DNA of 32,000 nt, from the NCBI RefSeq assembly GCF_050704245.1, contig NZ_CP077585.1; one strand, written 5' to 3'. Position numbers and translations under genes: made by a program. Within the stretch, counting starts at the first letter, position 1. Every line of letters starts with the position of its first letter. Positions 9,459 to 18,817 of this stretch are shown piece by piece. Source of the DNA: Escherichia coli O111:H8 (GTDB lineage Bacteria; Pseudomonadota; Gammaproteobacteria; Enterobacterales; Enterobacteriaceae). Under the pieces are notes generated by a model, which did no database searches, was not told the DNA's origin, and was given only the letters and a program-made list of their open reading frames with translations.

Positions 9459-9836
9459 ATGTTGGACAGAATTTTATCTATTCGTAAAAGCAGAGCGAAC
9501 CGATTGAGAGAATCAATGGCTAAGATTAACTCTCAGATAAAAGAGGTGGATGGTAAACTCGATGACTGCGAGCAATCCATTAAAGAGTCGATTGCCTCTA
9601 AGCAGGCGTATTGTGCATCGCTGGTGAATTTGGATAAAGTGTCGTTGTATAAATATCAGATTAAAAACAATGCATTTGATGAGCAAAAGCAGCGATTGTA
9701 TGAGAAAAAATCCTCCATTTCGAAGGAGAAACGTTCATTGCTAGATTCACAAAAACGAACAAAAGAGAATCTGCAACATGTTAATAAATCAGTAGAAAAA
9801 TTATCTTTTGCCATAAAGGAACATTACTTTGACTAG
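9459..9836 (+). CDS. escO: EscO (SctO), coiled-coil stalk protein
   Basis: 125-aa charged coiled-coil protein directly following the ATPase gene. Confidence 0.9.
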   Translation: MLDRILSIRKSRANRLRESMAKINSQIKEVDGKLDDCEQSIKESIASKQAYCASLVNLDKVSLYKYQIKNNAFDEQKQRLYEKKSSISKEKRSLLDSQKRTKENLQHVNKSVEKLSFAIKEHYFD

Positions 9837-10245
9837 AGTTTCTCTAAAAAGAAATTTGATAGAGCCTGTTTCTTTTCGGCCATCAGATGATTGGCCGCAA
9901 GGAGAAGAAAGTTTTAATGATATTTTTAATCATATAAAAAAAAGATCGCCTGATACGTTGTTCATACGAATGGCTTCTTTATGGAAGAGATTGTTTTACT
10001 CCTCGGGCCGACGACGACGCTACTTTGAAGAAGGGGAGCAGTCGTTTAGTATTCTTTGTGGAAGATTACGAGGAATTGTTTTAACAATTAAATGTAGTAA
10101 CGGAATCATTTATCTGTCTATTACAGTAAGCCCCAATAATAGAAATCATGTTTTTTTATATCATAAAAAAGACTATGTTTTCGATAAGTTAAAAGAAATC
10201 TTTCCTGATGAAACCATTGAGTTCACAATTGAATATGAAAATTAA
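9829..10245 (+). CDS. escP: EscP (SctP), needle-length/substrate-switch regulator
   Basis: 138 aa, located between escO and escQ and overlapping both. Confidence 0.87.
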   Translation: MTRVSLKRNLIEPVSFRPSDDWPQGEESFNDIFNHIKKRSPDTLFIRMASLWKRLFYSSGRRRRYFEEGEQSFSILCGRLRGIVLTIKCSNGIIYLSITVSPNNRNHVFLYHKKDYVFDKLKEIFPDETIEFTIEYEN

Positions 10246-11125
10246 CGATTTTTATTTGCCATTGTTGCCAGTCATCGGAACCGGTCGCCTCTATATTACG
10301 TCCGAAGGTCATGCGTGCCATGCATATTTTCGTGAAGTCAGCGGTCATGGTATTCGTTTCACGTTGACATACTCGGGCTATGAGGGGCGTTTTTGGATAT
10401 CAGAAGAACAGTTCATTCAGTGGTGCCAGGAGTTATTCCCGTATAGCGAAAGCCGGCTGATACCGGAAGATACGATAAAACTCATGATCTTATGGGTAAT
10501 GCAGACTGCCTTACCGGAAGGTGATGTGTCAGTTGATGATGTTCAATTTACGATGCTAAATAAAGATGTTTATCCGGTAATAGAAAATAATAATGGAAAA
10601 AACAGACTTAATGTAATTATACTCGAAACAACGGTACAAAGTTTACAATATCTGATTAATGATAATTGGCAATTTGTTCCACATTCTAATACGCTTTTTT
10701 TTGATGGCTATATCGTACCTGGGTGGACTGATTATCCGGTTACAGAGTTGAGAGTTGGTGATAGTCTGAGACTCTATCATGTTGATGATAGTCAAGAGAG
10801 AAGGTGTTGGCTTGTTATTAATAACCCTTTGGCAACCGTAAAGTTGAGCGATAATAACTTATCTATTACGGATGTTCAGGCCGCAGATCCGTTATGTACT
10901 ATCAGCAGTGAGACTGTAATGAATCGCATTTATTGTGCGATTGGCACAATAAATGTTGATATACATATGTTGCGTAATGTCCAAAAAGATGACATTATCG
11001 ATTCAACGGGATATCATCTTTTGGGTGGGTGCCAGTTAGTACGGAATAATATCACAATAGCATACGGAAGTATTATAAAAATCAACGAAGATTTTTATTT
11101 TACTATTAGCGTAGTATGTGATTAA
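10208..11125 (+). CDS. escQ: EscQ (SepQ, SctQ), cytoplasmic ring protein with a SpoA domain
   Basis: 305 aa with C-terminal SpoA/FliN-like region (NVDIHMLRNVQKDDIIDSTGYHLLGGCQLVRNNITIAYGSIIKINEDFYFTIS). An alternative ATG at 10235 gives MKINDFYLPLL with a much shorter overlap. Confidence 0.92.
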   Translation: MKPLSSQLNMKINDFYLPLLPVIGTGRLYITSEGHACHAYFREVSGHGIRFTLTYSGYEGRFWISEEQFIQWCQELFPYSESRLIPEDTIKLMILWVMQTALPEGDVSVDDVQFTMLNKDVYPVIENNNGKNRLNVIILETTVQSLQYLINDNWQFVPHSNTLFFDGYIVPGWTDYPVTELRVGDSLRLYHVDDSQERRCWLVINNPLATVKLSDNNLSITDVQAADPLCTISSETVMNRIYCAIGTINVDIHMLRNVQKDDIIDSTGYHLLGGCQLVRNNITIAYGSIIKINEDFYFTISVVCD

Positions 11126-11155
11126 TCAGGAGTGCGTTATATAGGGAGGTGTATG

Positions 11156-11665
11156 ATGTCGTCATCATTATCAGGTATAACATTCGCGACTTCTTTGACA
11201 AGCAATCAAGCGTCATGGAGTAAGTTGACCCGAACTCTTCATATATCGAATGATGATACAGTAGATGAACTGCAACTTAAAGCACGCATGCAGCAGCGTC
11301 ACCACCGGGTTTTTCCAGACATTGATGACTATTCAGTTATCAATTTTCGGGGAAAAGAGTATGCTGTCCGCTTCATTAAAGAGAATGATAATTATGTATA
11401 CAAAGTACATAAGATAACTCAGGAAAGTGGATGTTTCTCAAAGATATTTAGCTTTTTGTATGGAGGCGTTACGAAGGCCCTGGAAAGTAAATTAAATGAG
11501 AGACACATTACGCCACTTTCTTCAACCTGGTTTCCTCGCACTGCACTGGAAGGCTTTTTAACTGAAAGAGGGCTTTCTTCTTTGTTACGTCGCGTACAGT
11601 CTACAGAAGGTGTGAACCCTCCAGAGAATACTACATTCAACTCTTTATCAGGCGTGATGGGTTAA
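11156..11665 (+). CDS. espH: EspH, actin/Rho-modulating effector
   Basis: The ORF track opens at 11132. GGGAGGT precedes tandem ATGs at 11153 and 11156, giving MSSSLSGITFATSLTSNQ..., about 169 aa. Position is between escQ and cesF. Confidence 0.87.
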   Translation: MSSSLSGITFATSLTSNQASWSKLTRTLHISNDDTVDELQLKARMQQRHHRVFPDIDDYSVINFRGKEYAVRFIKENDNYVYKVHKITQESGCFSKIFSFLYGGVTKALESKLNERHITPLSSTWFPRTALEGFLTERGLSSLLRRVQSTEGVNPPENTTFNSLSGVMG

Positions 11666-11693
11666 GTATTATTTTATGTTATTTTCATTTTCT

Positions 11694-11718
11694 CCCCAGA
11701 ATGTTTTCTGTTCTGGGG
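11694..11718 (+). terminator. Hairpin downstream of espH, likely terminator
   Basis: CCCCAGAA-tgttttctg-TTCTGGGG perfect 8-bp stem, followed by a T-rich tract after a short gap (CGATGTTTCATTATTTTTTT). Confidence 0.5.
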
Positions 11719-11843
11719 CGATGTTTCATTATTTTTTTGAAGTGTTTCAAGGATAGAGCACTGCAGTTTTTTGTGAAATATGAACTGAATGGATGCTACC
11801 ATCCAGTTCATATTATAAATTTCCGAAGTAAAGAGCAAACAAA

Positions 11844-12206
11844 TCAAAGTGAAAGTGATTTTATTATTTCTTTTTTTACTAGATATCCGTTTTCCATTAA
11901 ATTAGTAAATTCTGTTATATCTATTTTATTGGTGGGGAATGCAATATTTAAAAAGATTTTATCATCTTTTGATGATAAAAAGAACATACCAAGCATTTCT
12001 CGGTTATTATTTATTTTTAATATTTTATTGATTTGATCTGGTTCGTTGTTTGATAGGTAACAATAAAAAAACAAAATTTCTGATTGAGGGGCGCACTCGA
12101 GTATCCACTCATGACCATCGTTATCGTGAAAAGCGAGGGCATCAGTTTGCTCTTCCAGTGTTATCCCAAACGTATGTGCAAGATCTTTGCAAAATTGTTC
12201 ATTCAT
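11844..12206 (-). CDS. cesF: CesF, class I T3SS chaperone for EspF
   Basis: 120-aa acidic protein, MNEQFCKDLAHTFGITLEEQTDALAFHDNDGHEWILECA...; divergent from map as in the LEE. Confidence 0.9.
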   Translation of the reverse strand: MNEQFCKDLAHTFGITLEEQTDALAFHDNDGHEWILECAPQSEILFFYCYLSNNEPDQINKILKINNNREMLGMFFLSSKDDKIFLNIAFPTNKIDITEFTNLMENGYLVKKEIIKSLSL

Positions 12207-12470
12207 ATTGTAGTCCTGTCATTCTTATAACGCTGATGTGTTTATAGGTAATTGATTTGTGAGCTCTTACACAAATAGCAAGGAGAAACAATATAACATG
12301 TAAGTAATAATGTTGCATACTTATGATAGCATATGATAAATGTAGTGCAACCACCCATAAATATTGCTGGAGGAGAATTAAAGTTATAAAATAATGTTAT
12401 AGCTTTATTTATTCATTTTGTTTTATAGGTATAAATGTTATTTTTTATGTGATTTATAAAGGTTTATTGC

Positions 12471-13082
12471 ATGTTTAGTCCAACGGCAATGGTAGGTAGG
12501 GCGTTAGCTCAGGCGGTTACACAAACTCTTAGACCAGCAGTAACCAAGGCTGCGACGCAAGCGGGCATGGGGGCCAATGGGATGAGGTTCGCAGCTATGC
12601 AGTCGAACCTTATGATTAATCATGGCAAACTGACTAACCAGCTACTACAGGCCGTAGCCAAACAAACGGGTAGTAGCGATACCCAGCAATGGTTCAAGCA
12701 GGAGCAGATTACTTTTTTATCCAGAACAGTAAACAAAACTGTGGATGACTATTGCATGAGTAATAATTCGGTAATTAATAAGGAGACTAAATTTCGCATT
12801 TTTAAAGCGGTTGAAAGCGCGATACAGCAGCCTCTCGATATGAACTGTGCACAATCATCAATTGGTCACTTTTTGCAATCCAATAAATATTTTAATCAGA
12901 AAGTTGATGAGCAGTGTGGTAAAGGCGTGGATCCCATTACTCGTTTTAACACTCAGACTAAGATGATAGAACTGGTCTCACGCGAAATCTTTGAACAGAA
13001 TTTTAACACCGCGAAAGTCAGTGATATCAAGGCTCTAACTCAGAGGGCGATTGCAGAAAATGTGCAGGATACTCGGCTGTAG
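12471..13082 (+). CDS. map: Map, mitochondrial-targeted WxxxE Rho-GEF effector
   Basis: 203 aa. N-terminus MFSPTAMVGRALAQAVTQTLRPAVTKAATQ is mitochondrial-type; W74-FKQ-E78 is the WxxxE motif; the C-terminal TRL is a PDZ ligand. Confidence 0.97.
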   Translation: MFSPTAMVGRALAQAVTQTLRPAVTKAATQAGMGANGMRFAAMQSNLMINHGKLTNQLLQAVAKQTGSSDTQQWFKQEQITFLSRTVNKTVDDYCMSNNSVINKETKFRIFKAVESAIQQPLDMNCAQSSIGHFLQSNKYFNQKVDEQCGKGVDPITRFNTQTKMIELVSREIFEQNFNTAKVSDIKALTQRAIAENVQDTRL

Positions 13083-13404
13083 GGGAGGGACTTACTGCTC
13101 TGTTATTTGTTTGTTCTTGATGCAAAAAGGTCCCTATAGGCGCTTAAAATAAAATATTATTTTTTAATCCATAATTAAATTTTCGCACATAAAAATTATA
13201 ATTAACTTTTGCGATAATTATATAATGATTTTGATTATGTGATTTTTTTAGTTGGAAATACAGACATGCATTTGGGGGGCATTATTTTGCTTGCATCAAA
13301 AATTAGACTGTGATTTATTTGGTTTATGCTCAGCTGTTTTATCGGCCGCATACCGTTACGTCGATAAAGGATAATGTCAAATTTCTAAATAAAAGGATAT
13401 ATGT

Positions 13405-15060
13405 ATGCCTATTGGTAACCTTGGTAATAATGTAAATAGCAATAATTTAATTCCGCCTGCGCCGCCACTACCTTCACAAACAGACGGCGCGTCACGGGGA
13501 GGAGCGGGTCAACTAATTAACTCTACAGGAGCATTAGGATCTCGTTTATTGTTTTCTCCCCTGAGAAATTCTATAGCTGATTCTGTCGATTCCAGAGATA
13601 TTCCAGGACTTCCTGTACACCCATCGAGGCTTGCTACTGCTACATCAGAGATATGCTTGCTTGGAGGATTTGAAGTTCTCCATGATAAGGGACCACTTGA
13701 TACTCTCAATAAGCAAATTGGAGCCTCTGCATTTCGTATTGAACAGCAGTCAGATGGTTCTTATGCCGCTATTGGAGAAAAAAATGGTGTAGAGGTTAGC
13801 GTTATATTAAATTCTCAAGAATTGCAAAGCTTGCAAGCTATCGATATTGAGGATAAAGGCCGATTTGTTTTTACCGGGGGACGTGGTGGTGGTGGGCATT
13901 CCATGGTCACTCCTGCATCAGATATCGCAGAAGCTCGTGCGAAAATACTGGCCAAATTAGACCCAAACAATCATGGGGGAAGTCAAGCCAGGAACGTTGA
14001 TACGCGTTCTGTTGGTGTTGGAAGTGCTTCGGGAATGGATGATAGCGTTGTTAGCGAAACTCGTACTTCATCAACAGCTTCCAGCGTTCGTTCAGATCCT
14101 AAATTCTGGGTTTCTATCGGCGCAATTGCTGCTGGTTTAGCGGGGCTGGCGGCTACTGGTATTACACAGGCGTTGGCTTTGACACCGGAACCGGATGATC
14201 CTACAACCACCGATCCTGAGCAGGCTGCAAGTGCTGCAGAAAGTGCGACAAGAGATCAGTTAACGCAAGAAGCATTCAAGAATCCTGAGAACCAGAAAGT
14301 TAGCATTGATGAGATCGGAAATTCTATTCCGTCTGGGGAATTAAAAGATGATGTTGTTGCTAAAATAGAAGAACAAGCTAAAGAGGCGGGTGAGGCGGCC
14401 AGACAGCAGGCTGTTGAAAGCAATGCACAGGCGCAGCAGCGATATGATACTCAGTATGCCAGACGTCAGGAGGAATTAGAGCTTTCATCGGGTATTGGTT
14501 ACAGCCTCAGCAGTGCATTGATTGTTGGTGGGGGAATTGGTGCTGGTGTAACGACTGCGCTTCATAGACGAAATCAGCCGGCAGAACAAACAACGACAAC
14601 AACAACACATACGGTAGTGCAGCAGCAGACCGGAGGGAATACCCCAGCACAAGGTGGCACTGATGCCATAAGAGCGGAAGACACATCTCTGAATAGACGT
14701 GATTCGCAGAGGAGTACGGCATCGACACACTGGTCAGATACTTCTAGCGCAGTGGTTAATCCATATGCTGAAGTTGGGGAGGCTCGGAATAGTTCACCGG
14801 CTCGTCAGGCAGAAGAGCATATTTACGATGAGGTCGCTGCAGATCCTAATTATAGCGTCATTCAAAATTTCTCAGGGAATAACCAAGTTACCGGAAGGTT
14901 AATGGGAACTCCAGGGCAAGGTATCCAAAGTACTTATGCGATTCTGACAAACAACAGCGCTGGATTGCGTTTAGGTATGGGTGGATTAACGGGGAGTGGC
15001 GGGAGCGCAGTAAATACTGCAAATGCCGCACCAACGCCGGGACCAGGACGTTTCGTTTAA
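13405..15060 (+). CDS. tir: Tir, translocated intimin receptor
   Basis: 551 aa, MPIGNLGNNVN..., two TM segments flanking the intimin-binding region, NPY at Tyr454 and EEHIYDEV at Tyr474. Confidence 0.98.
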   Translation: MPIGNLGNNVNSNNLIPPAPPLPSQTDGASRGGAGQLINSTGALGSRLLFSPLRNSIADSVDSRDIPGLPVHPSRLATATSEICLLGGFEVLHDKGPLDTLNKQIGASAFRIEQQSDGSYAAIGEKNGVEVSVILNSQELQSLQAIDIEDKGRFVFTGGRGGGGHSMVTPASDIAEARAKILAKLDPNNHGGSQARNVDTRSVGVGSASGMDDSVVSETRTSSTASSVRSDPKFWVSIGAIAAGLAGLAATGITQALALTPEPDDPTTTDPEQAASAAESATRDQLTQEAFKNPENQKVSIDEIGNSIPSGELKDDVVAKIEEQAKEAGEAARQQAVESNAQAQQRYDTQYARRQEELELSSGIGYSLSSALIVGGGIGAGVTTALHRRNQPAEQTTTTTTHTVVQQQTGGNTPAQGGTDAIRAEDTSLNRRDSQRSTASTHWSDTSSAVVNPYAEVGEARNSSPARQAEEHIYDEVAADPNYSVIQNFSGNNQVTGRLMGTPGQGIQSTYAILTNNSAGLRLGMGGLTGSGGSAVNTANAAPTPGPGRFV

Positions 15061-15193
15061 ATATATCTGTGAGTATTTAGTTAAGGTTGGGGGGGGGGGA
15101 CGTTTTACTAACGTTAATGTTTCAGAGAACAACGTTGCAGCATGGGTAACTCTTGAACTTCTGTAATTATAAATTCAATTAAGAGAAATTATA

Positions 15194-15664
15194 ATGTCAT
15201 CAAGATCTGAACTTTTATTAGATAGGTTTGCAGAAAAAATTGGTGTTGGATCTATTTCCTTTAATGAAAACAGATTATGTTCTTTTGCTATTGATGAAAT
15301 TTATTATATTTCGTTATCTGATGCCAGTGACGAATATATGATGATTTATGGCGTCTGTGGGAAATTCCCGACAGATAACCCTAACTTCGCTCTTGAGATT
15401 TTGAATGCAAACTTATGGTTTGCAGAGAATGGTGGGCCATACCTGTGTTACGAGTCAGGAGCACAATCGTTGTTGTTAGCGTTACGTTTCCCGCTCGATG
15501 ATGCTACCCCTGAAAAACTTGAGAATGAAATAGAAGTCGTTGTTAAGTCAATGGAAAACCTGTATTTGGTATTACATAATCAGGGAATAACATTAGAAAA
15601 CGAACATATGAAGATAGAGGAAATTAGCTCAAGCGATAATAAACATTATTATGCCGGAAGATAA
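15194..15664 (+). CDS. cesT: CesT, multi-effector/Tir chaperone
   Basis: 156 aa, [43 protein letters not shown]..., located between tir and eae. Confidence 0.97.
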   Translation: MSSRSELLLDRFAEKIGVGSISFNENRLCSFAIDEIYYISLSDASDEYMMIYGVCGKFPTDNPNFALEILNANLWFAENGGPYLCYESGAQSLLLALRFPLDDATPEKLENEIEVVVKSMENLYLVLHNQGITLENEHMKIEEISSSDNKHYYAGR

Positions 15665-15721
15665 AATCTATTTATTAATCTAATTTACTACTCATTCTAA
15701 CTCATTGTGGGGACCCCAAAC

Positions 15722-18529
15722 ATGATTACTCATGGTTTTTATGCCCGGACCCGGCACAAGCATAAGCTAAAAAAAACATTTATTATGCTTAGCGCTGGTT
15801 TAGGATTGTTTTTTTATGTTAACCAGAACTCATTTGCAAACGGTGAAAATTATTTTAAATTGAGTTCAGATTCAAAACTGTTAACTCAAAATGTTGCTCA
15901 GGATCGCCTTTTTTATACGTTGAAAACAGGTGAAACTGTTTCCAGTATTTCTAAATCACAAGGTATCAGTTTATCCGTAATTTGGTCACTGAATAAACAT
16001 TTATACAGTTCCGAAAGCGAAATGCTGAAGGCTGCGCCTGGCCAGCAGATCATTTTGCCACTCAAAAAACTGTCTGTTGAATATGGTGCCTTACCTGTCT
16101 TAGGTTCGGCACCTGTTGTTGCTGCAGGTGGTGTCGCTGGGCATACAAATAAAATGACTAAAATGTCCCCGGACGCGACTCAAAGCAACATGACTGATGA
16201 CAAGGCTCTAAATTATACGGCACAACAGGCCGCGAGCCTTGGTAGCCAGCTTCAGTCGCGCTCTCTGCACGGCGATTACGCGAAAGATACCGCTCTTGGT
16301 ATCGCGGGTAACCAGGCTTCGTCACAGTTGCAGGCCTGGTTACAACATTATGGAACGGCAGAGGTTAATCTGCAGAGTGGTAATAACTTTGACGGTAGTT
16401 CACTGGATTTCTTATTACCGTTCTATGATTCCGAAAAAATGCTGGCATTTGGTCAGGTCGGAGCGCGTTACATTGACTCCCGCTTTACGGCAAATTTAGG
16501 TGCGGGTCAGCGTTTTTTCCTTCCTGAAAACATGTTGGGCTATAACGTCTTCATTGATCAGGATTTTTCTGGTGATAATACCCGTTTAGGTATTGGTGGC
16601 GAATACTGGCGAGACTATTTCAAAAGTAGCGTTAACGGCTATTTCCGCATGAGCGGCTGGCATGAGTCATACAATAAGAAAGACTATGATGAGCGCCCAG
16701 CAAATGGCTTCGATATCCGCTTTAATGGCTATCTACCATCATACCCGGCATTAGGCGCCAAGCTGATGTATGAGCAGTATTATGGTGATAATGTTGCTTT
16801 GTTTAATTCCGATAAGCTGCAGTCGAATCCTGGTGCGGCGACCGTTGGTGTAAACTATACTCCGATTCCTCTGGTGACGATGGGGATCGATTACCGTCAT
16901 GGTACGGGTAATGAAAATGATCTTCTTTACTCAATGCAGCTTCGTTATCAGTTTGATAAACCGTGGTCTCAGCAAATTGAGCCACAGTATGTTAACGAGT
17001 TAAGAACATTATCAGGCAGCCGTTACGATCTGGTTCAGCGTAATAACAATATTATTCTGGAGTACAAGAAGCAGGATATTCTTTCTCTGAATATTCCGCA
17101 TGATATTAATGGTACTGAACACAGTACGCAGAAGATTCAATTGATCGTTAAGAGCAAATACGGTCTGGATCGTATCGTCTGGGATGATAGTGCATTACGT
17201 AGCCAGGGCGGTCAGATTCAGCATAGCGGAAGCCAAAGCGCACAAGATTACCAGGCTATTTTGCCGGCTTATGTGCAAGGCGGTAGCAATATTTATAAAG
17301 TGACGGCTCGTGCCTATGACCGTAATGGCAATAGCTCTAACAATGTACAGCTCACTATTACCGTTCTGTCGAATGGTCAGGTGGTCGACCAGGTTGGGGT
17401 AACGGACTTTACGGCTGATAAGACTTCGGCTAAAGCGGATGGCACCGAGGCGATTACTTATACCGCGACGGTGAAAAAGAATGGGGTAACTCAGGCTAAT
17501 GTCCCTGTTTCATTTAATATTGTTTCAGGAACTGCAACTCTTGGGGCAAATAGTGCCACAACGGATGCTAACGGTAAGGCAACTGTAACGTTGAAGTCGA
17601 GTACGCCAGGGCAGGTAGTCGTGTCTGCTAAAACCGCGGAGATGACTTCAGCACTTAATGCCAGTGCGGTTATATTTGTTGAGCAAACCAAGGCCAGTAT
17701 TACTGAGATTAAGGCTGATAAGACAACTGCAGTAGCAAATGGTAATGATGCTGTTACATACACTGTTAAAGTGATGAAAGAGGGTCAGCCAGTGCAGGGA
17801 CACTCCGTTGCATTCACAACAAACTTTGGGATGTTCAACGGTAAGTCTCAGACGCAAAATGCGACCACGGGAAGTGATGGTCGTGCGACGATAACACTGA
17901 CTTCCAGTTCCGCAGGTAAAGCGACTGTTAGTGCGACTGTTAGTGGTGGGAATGATGTTAAAGCACCTGAGGTTACATTTTTTGATGGACTGAAAATTGA
18001 CAACAAGGTTGATATTCTTGGTAAGAACGTTACTGGTGACTTACCTAATATCTGGTTGCAATATGGTCAGTTTAAACTGAAGGTAAGCGGTGGTAATGGT
18101 ACATATTCATGGCATTCAGAGAATACCAATATTGCGACTGTTGATGAATCAGGGAAAGTAACCTTGAAAGGAAAAGGTACTGCAGTAATTAATGTTACAT
18201 CTGGTGATAAGCAAACAGTAAGCTACACTATTAAAGCTCCGAATTATATGATAAGAGTGGGTAATAAAGCCAGTTATGCAAATGCTATGTCCTTTTGTGG
18301 AAATTTATTACCATCCTCACAGACGGTATTATCAAACGTTTATAATTCATGGGGGCCTGCAAACGGATATGACCATTATCGTTCTATGCAGTCAATAACA
18401 GCTTGGATTACACAAACTGAAGCTGATAAAATATCAGGAGTATCAACTACTTATGACTTAATAACACAAAACCCTCATAAGGATGTTACGCTAAACGCTC
18501 CAAATGTCTATGCAGTTTGTGTAGAATAA
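15722..18529 (+). CDS. eae: Intimin, inverse-autotransporter adhesin
   Basis: The ORF track opens at GTG 15707, but ATG 15722 gives MITHGFYARTRHKHKLKKTFIMLSAGLGLFFYVNQ... (935 aa). It has a LysM, beta-barrel, Ig-like D domains and a C-type-lectin-like C-terminus ending NVYAVCVE. Confidence 0.97.
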   Translation: MITHGFYARTRHKHKLKKTFIMLSAGLGLFFYVNQNSFANGENYFKLSSDSKLLTQNVAQDRLFYTLKTGETVSSISKSQGISLSVIWSLNKHLYSSESEMLKAAPGQQIILPLKKLSVEYGALPVLGSAPVVAAGGVAGHTNKMTKMSPDATQSNMTDDKALNYTAQQAASLGSQLQSRSLHGDYAKDTALGIAGNQASSQLQAWLQHYGTAEVNLQSGNNFDGSSLDFLLPFYDSEKMLAFGQVGARYIDSRFTANLGAGQRFFLPENMLGYNVFIDQDFSGDNTRLGIGGEYWRDYFKSSVNGYFRMSGWHESYNKKDYDERPANGFDIRFNGYLPSYPALGAKLMYEQYYGDNVALFNSDKLQSNPGAATVGVNYTPIPLVTMGIDYRHGTGNENDLLYSMQLRYQFDKPWSQQIEPQYVNELRTLSGSRYDLVQRNNNIILEYKKQDILSLNIPHDINGTEHSTQKIQLIVKSKYGLDRIVWDDSALRSQGGQIQHSGSQSAQDYQAILPAYVQGGSNIYKVTARAYDRNGNSSNNVQLTITVLSNGQVVDQVGVTDFTADKTSAKADGTEAITYTATVKKNGVTQANVPVSFNIVSGTATLGANSATTDANGKATVTLKSSTPGQVVVSAKTAEMTSALNASAVIFVEQTKASITEIKADKTTAVANGNDAVTYTVKVMKEGQPVQGHSVAFTTNFGMFNGKSQTQNATTGSDGRATITLTSSSAGKATVSATVSGGNDVKAPEVTFFDGLKIDNKVDILGKNVTGDLPNIWLQYGQFKLKVSGGNGTYSWHSENTNIATVDESGKVTLKGKGTAVINVTSGDKQTVSYTIKAPNYMIRVGNKASYANAMSFCGNLLPSSQTVLSNVYNSWGPANGYDHYRSMQSITAWITQTEADKISGVSTTYDLITQNPHKDVTLNAPNVYAVCVE

Positions 18530-18540
18530 TTTAAAATCCT

Positions 18541-18576
18541 TTCCCCGGCTAAAAATATATTATTTTAGCTGGGGAA
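18541..18576 (+). terminator. Rho-independent terminator after eae (LEE5)
   Basis: TTCCCCGGCTAAAA / TTTTAGCTGGGGAA, a 14-bp stem with one G.T mismatch, 8-nt loop, then TTATTGTTGTTTC. Confidence 0.8.
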
Positions 18577-18780
18577 TTATTGTTGTTTCTTTATTATCTT
18601 CTTCTTAATAAGTAACGTCCTAGAATCAACATCTCCTGTTGGTTAATAAGTTAATCTCAAAGAAACATATTCACGTTTCCTCATGTAGCGACTCGACTAC
18701 TTTCAACGAGCCAACCTCGCTAATACCAAAGCTGAATCACATCAAGCAACAACTATGCTCACAACATCCATACAATAAAT

Positions 18781-18801
18781 AAAAAAACCCTCCGAAGAGG
18801 G
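18781..18801 (-). terminator. Rho-independent terminator of escD
   Basis: On the minus strand CCCTC-TTCG-GAGGG-TTTTTTT, 17 nt past the escD stop. Confidence 0.88.
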
Positions 18802-18817
18802 GGAAGATGACAAGACG

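Noticed and set aside
11701-12036. 111-aa plus-strand ORF between espH and map.
   Set aside because: Antisense to the 3' part of cesF and starts inside the espH terminator hairpin; no supporting features.
13509-14728. Minus-strand ORFs opposite tir (13509-13709, 13983-14210, 14485-14730, 14507-14728).
   Set aside because: All are antisense to a confidently identified CDS and show no recognisable domains.
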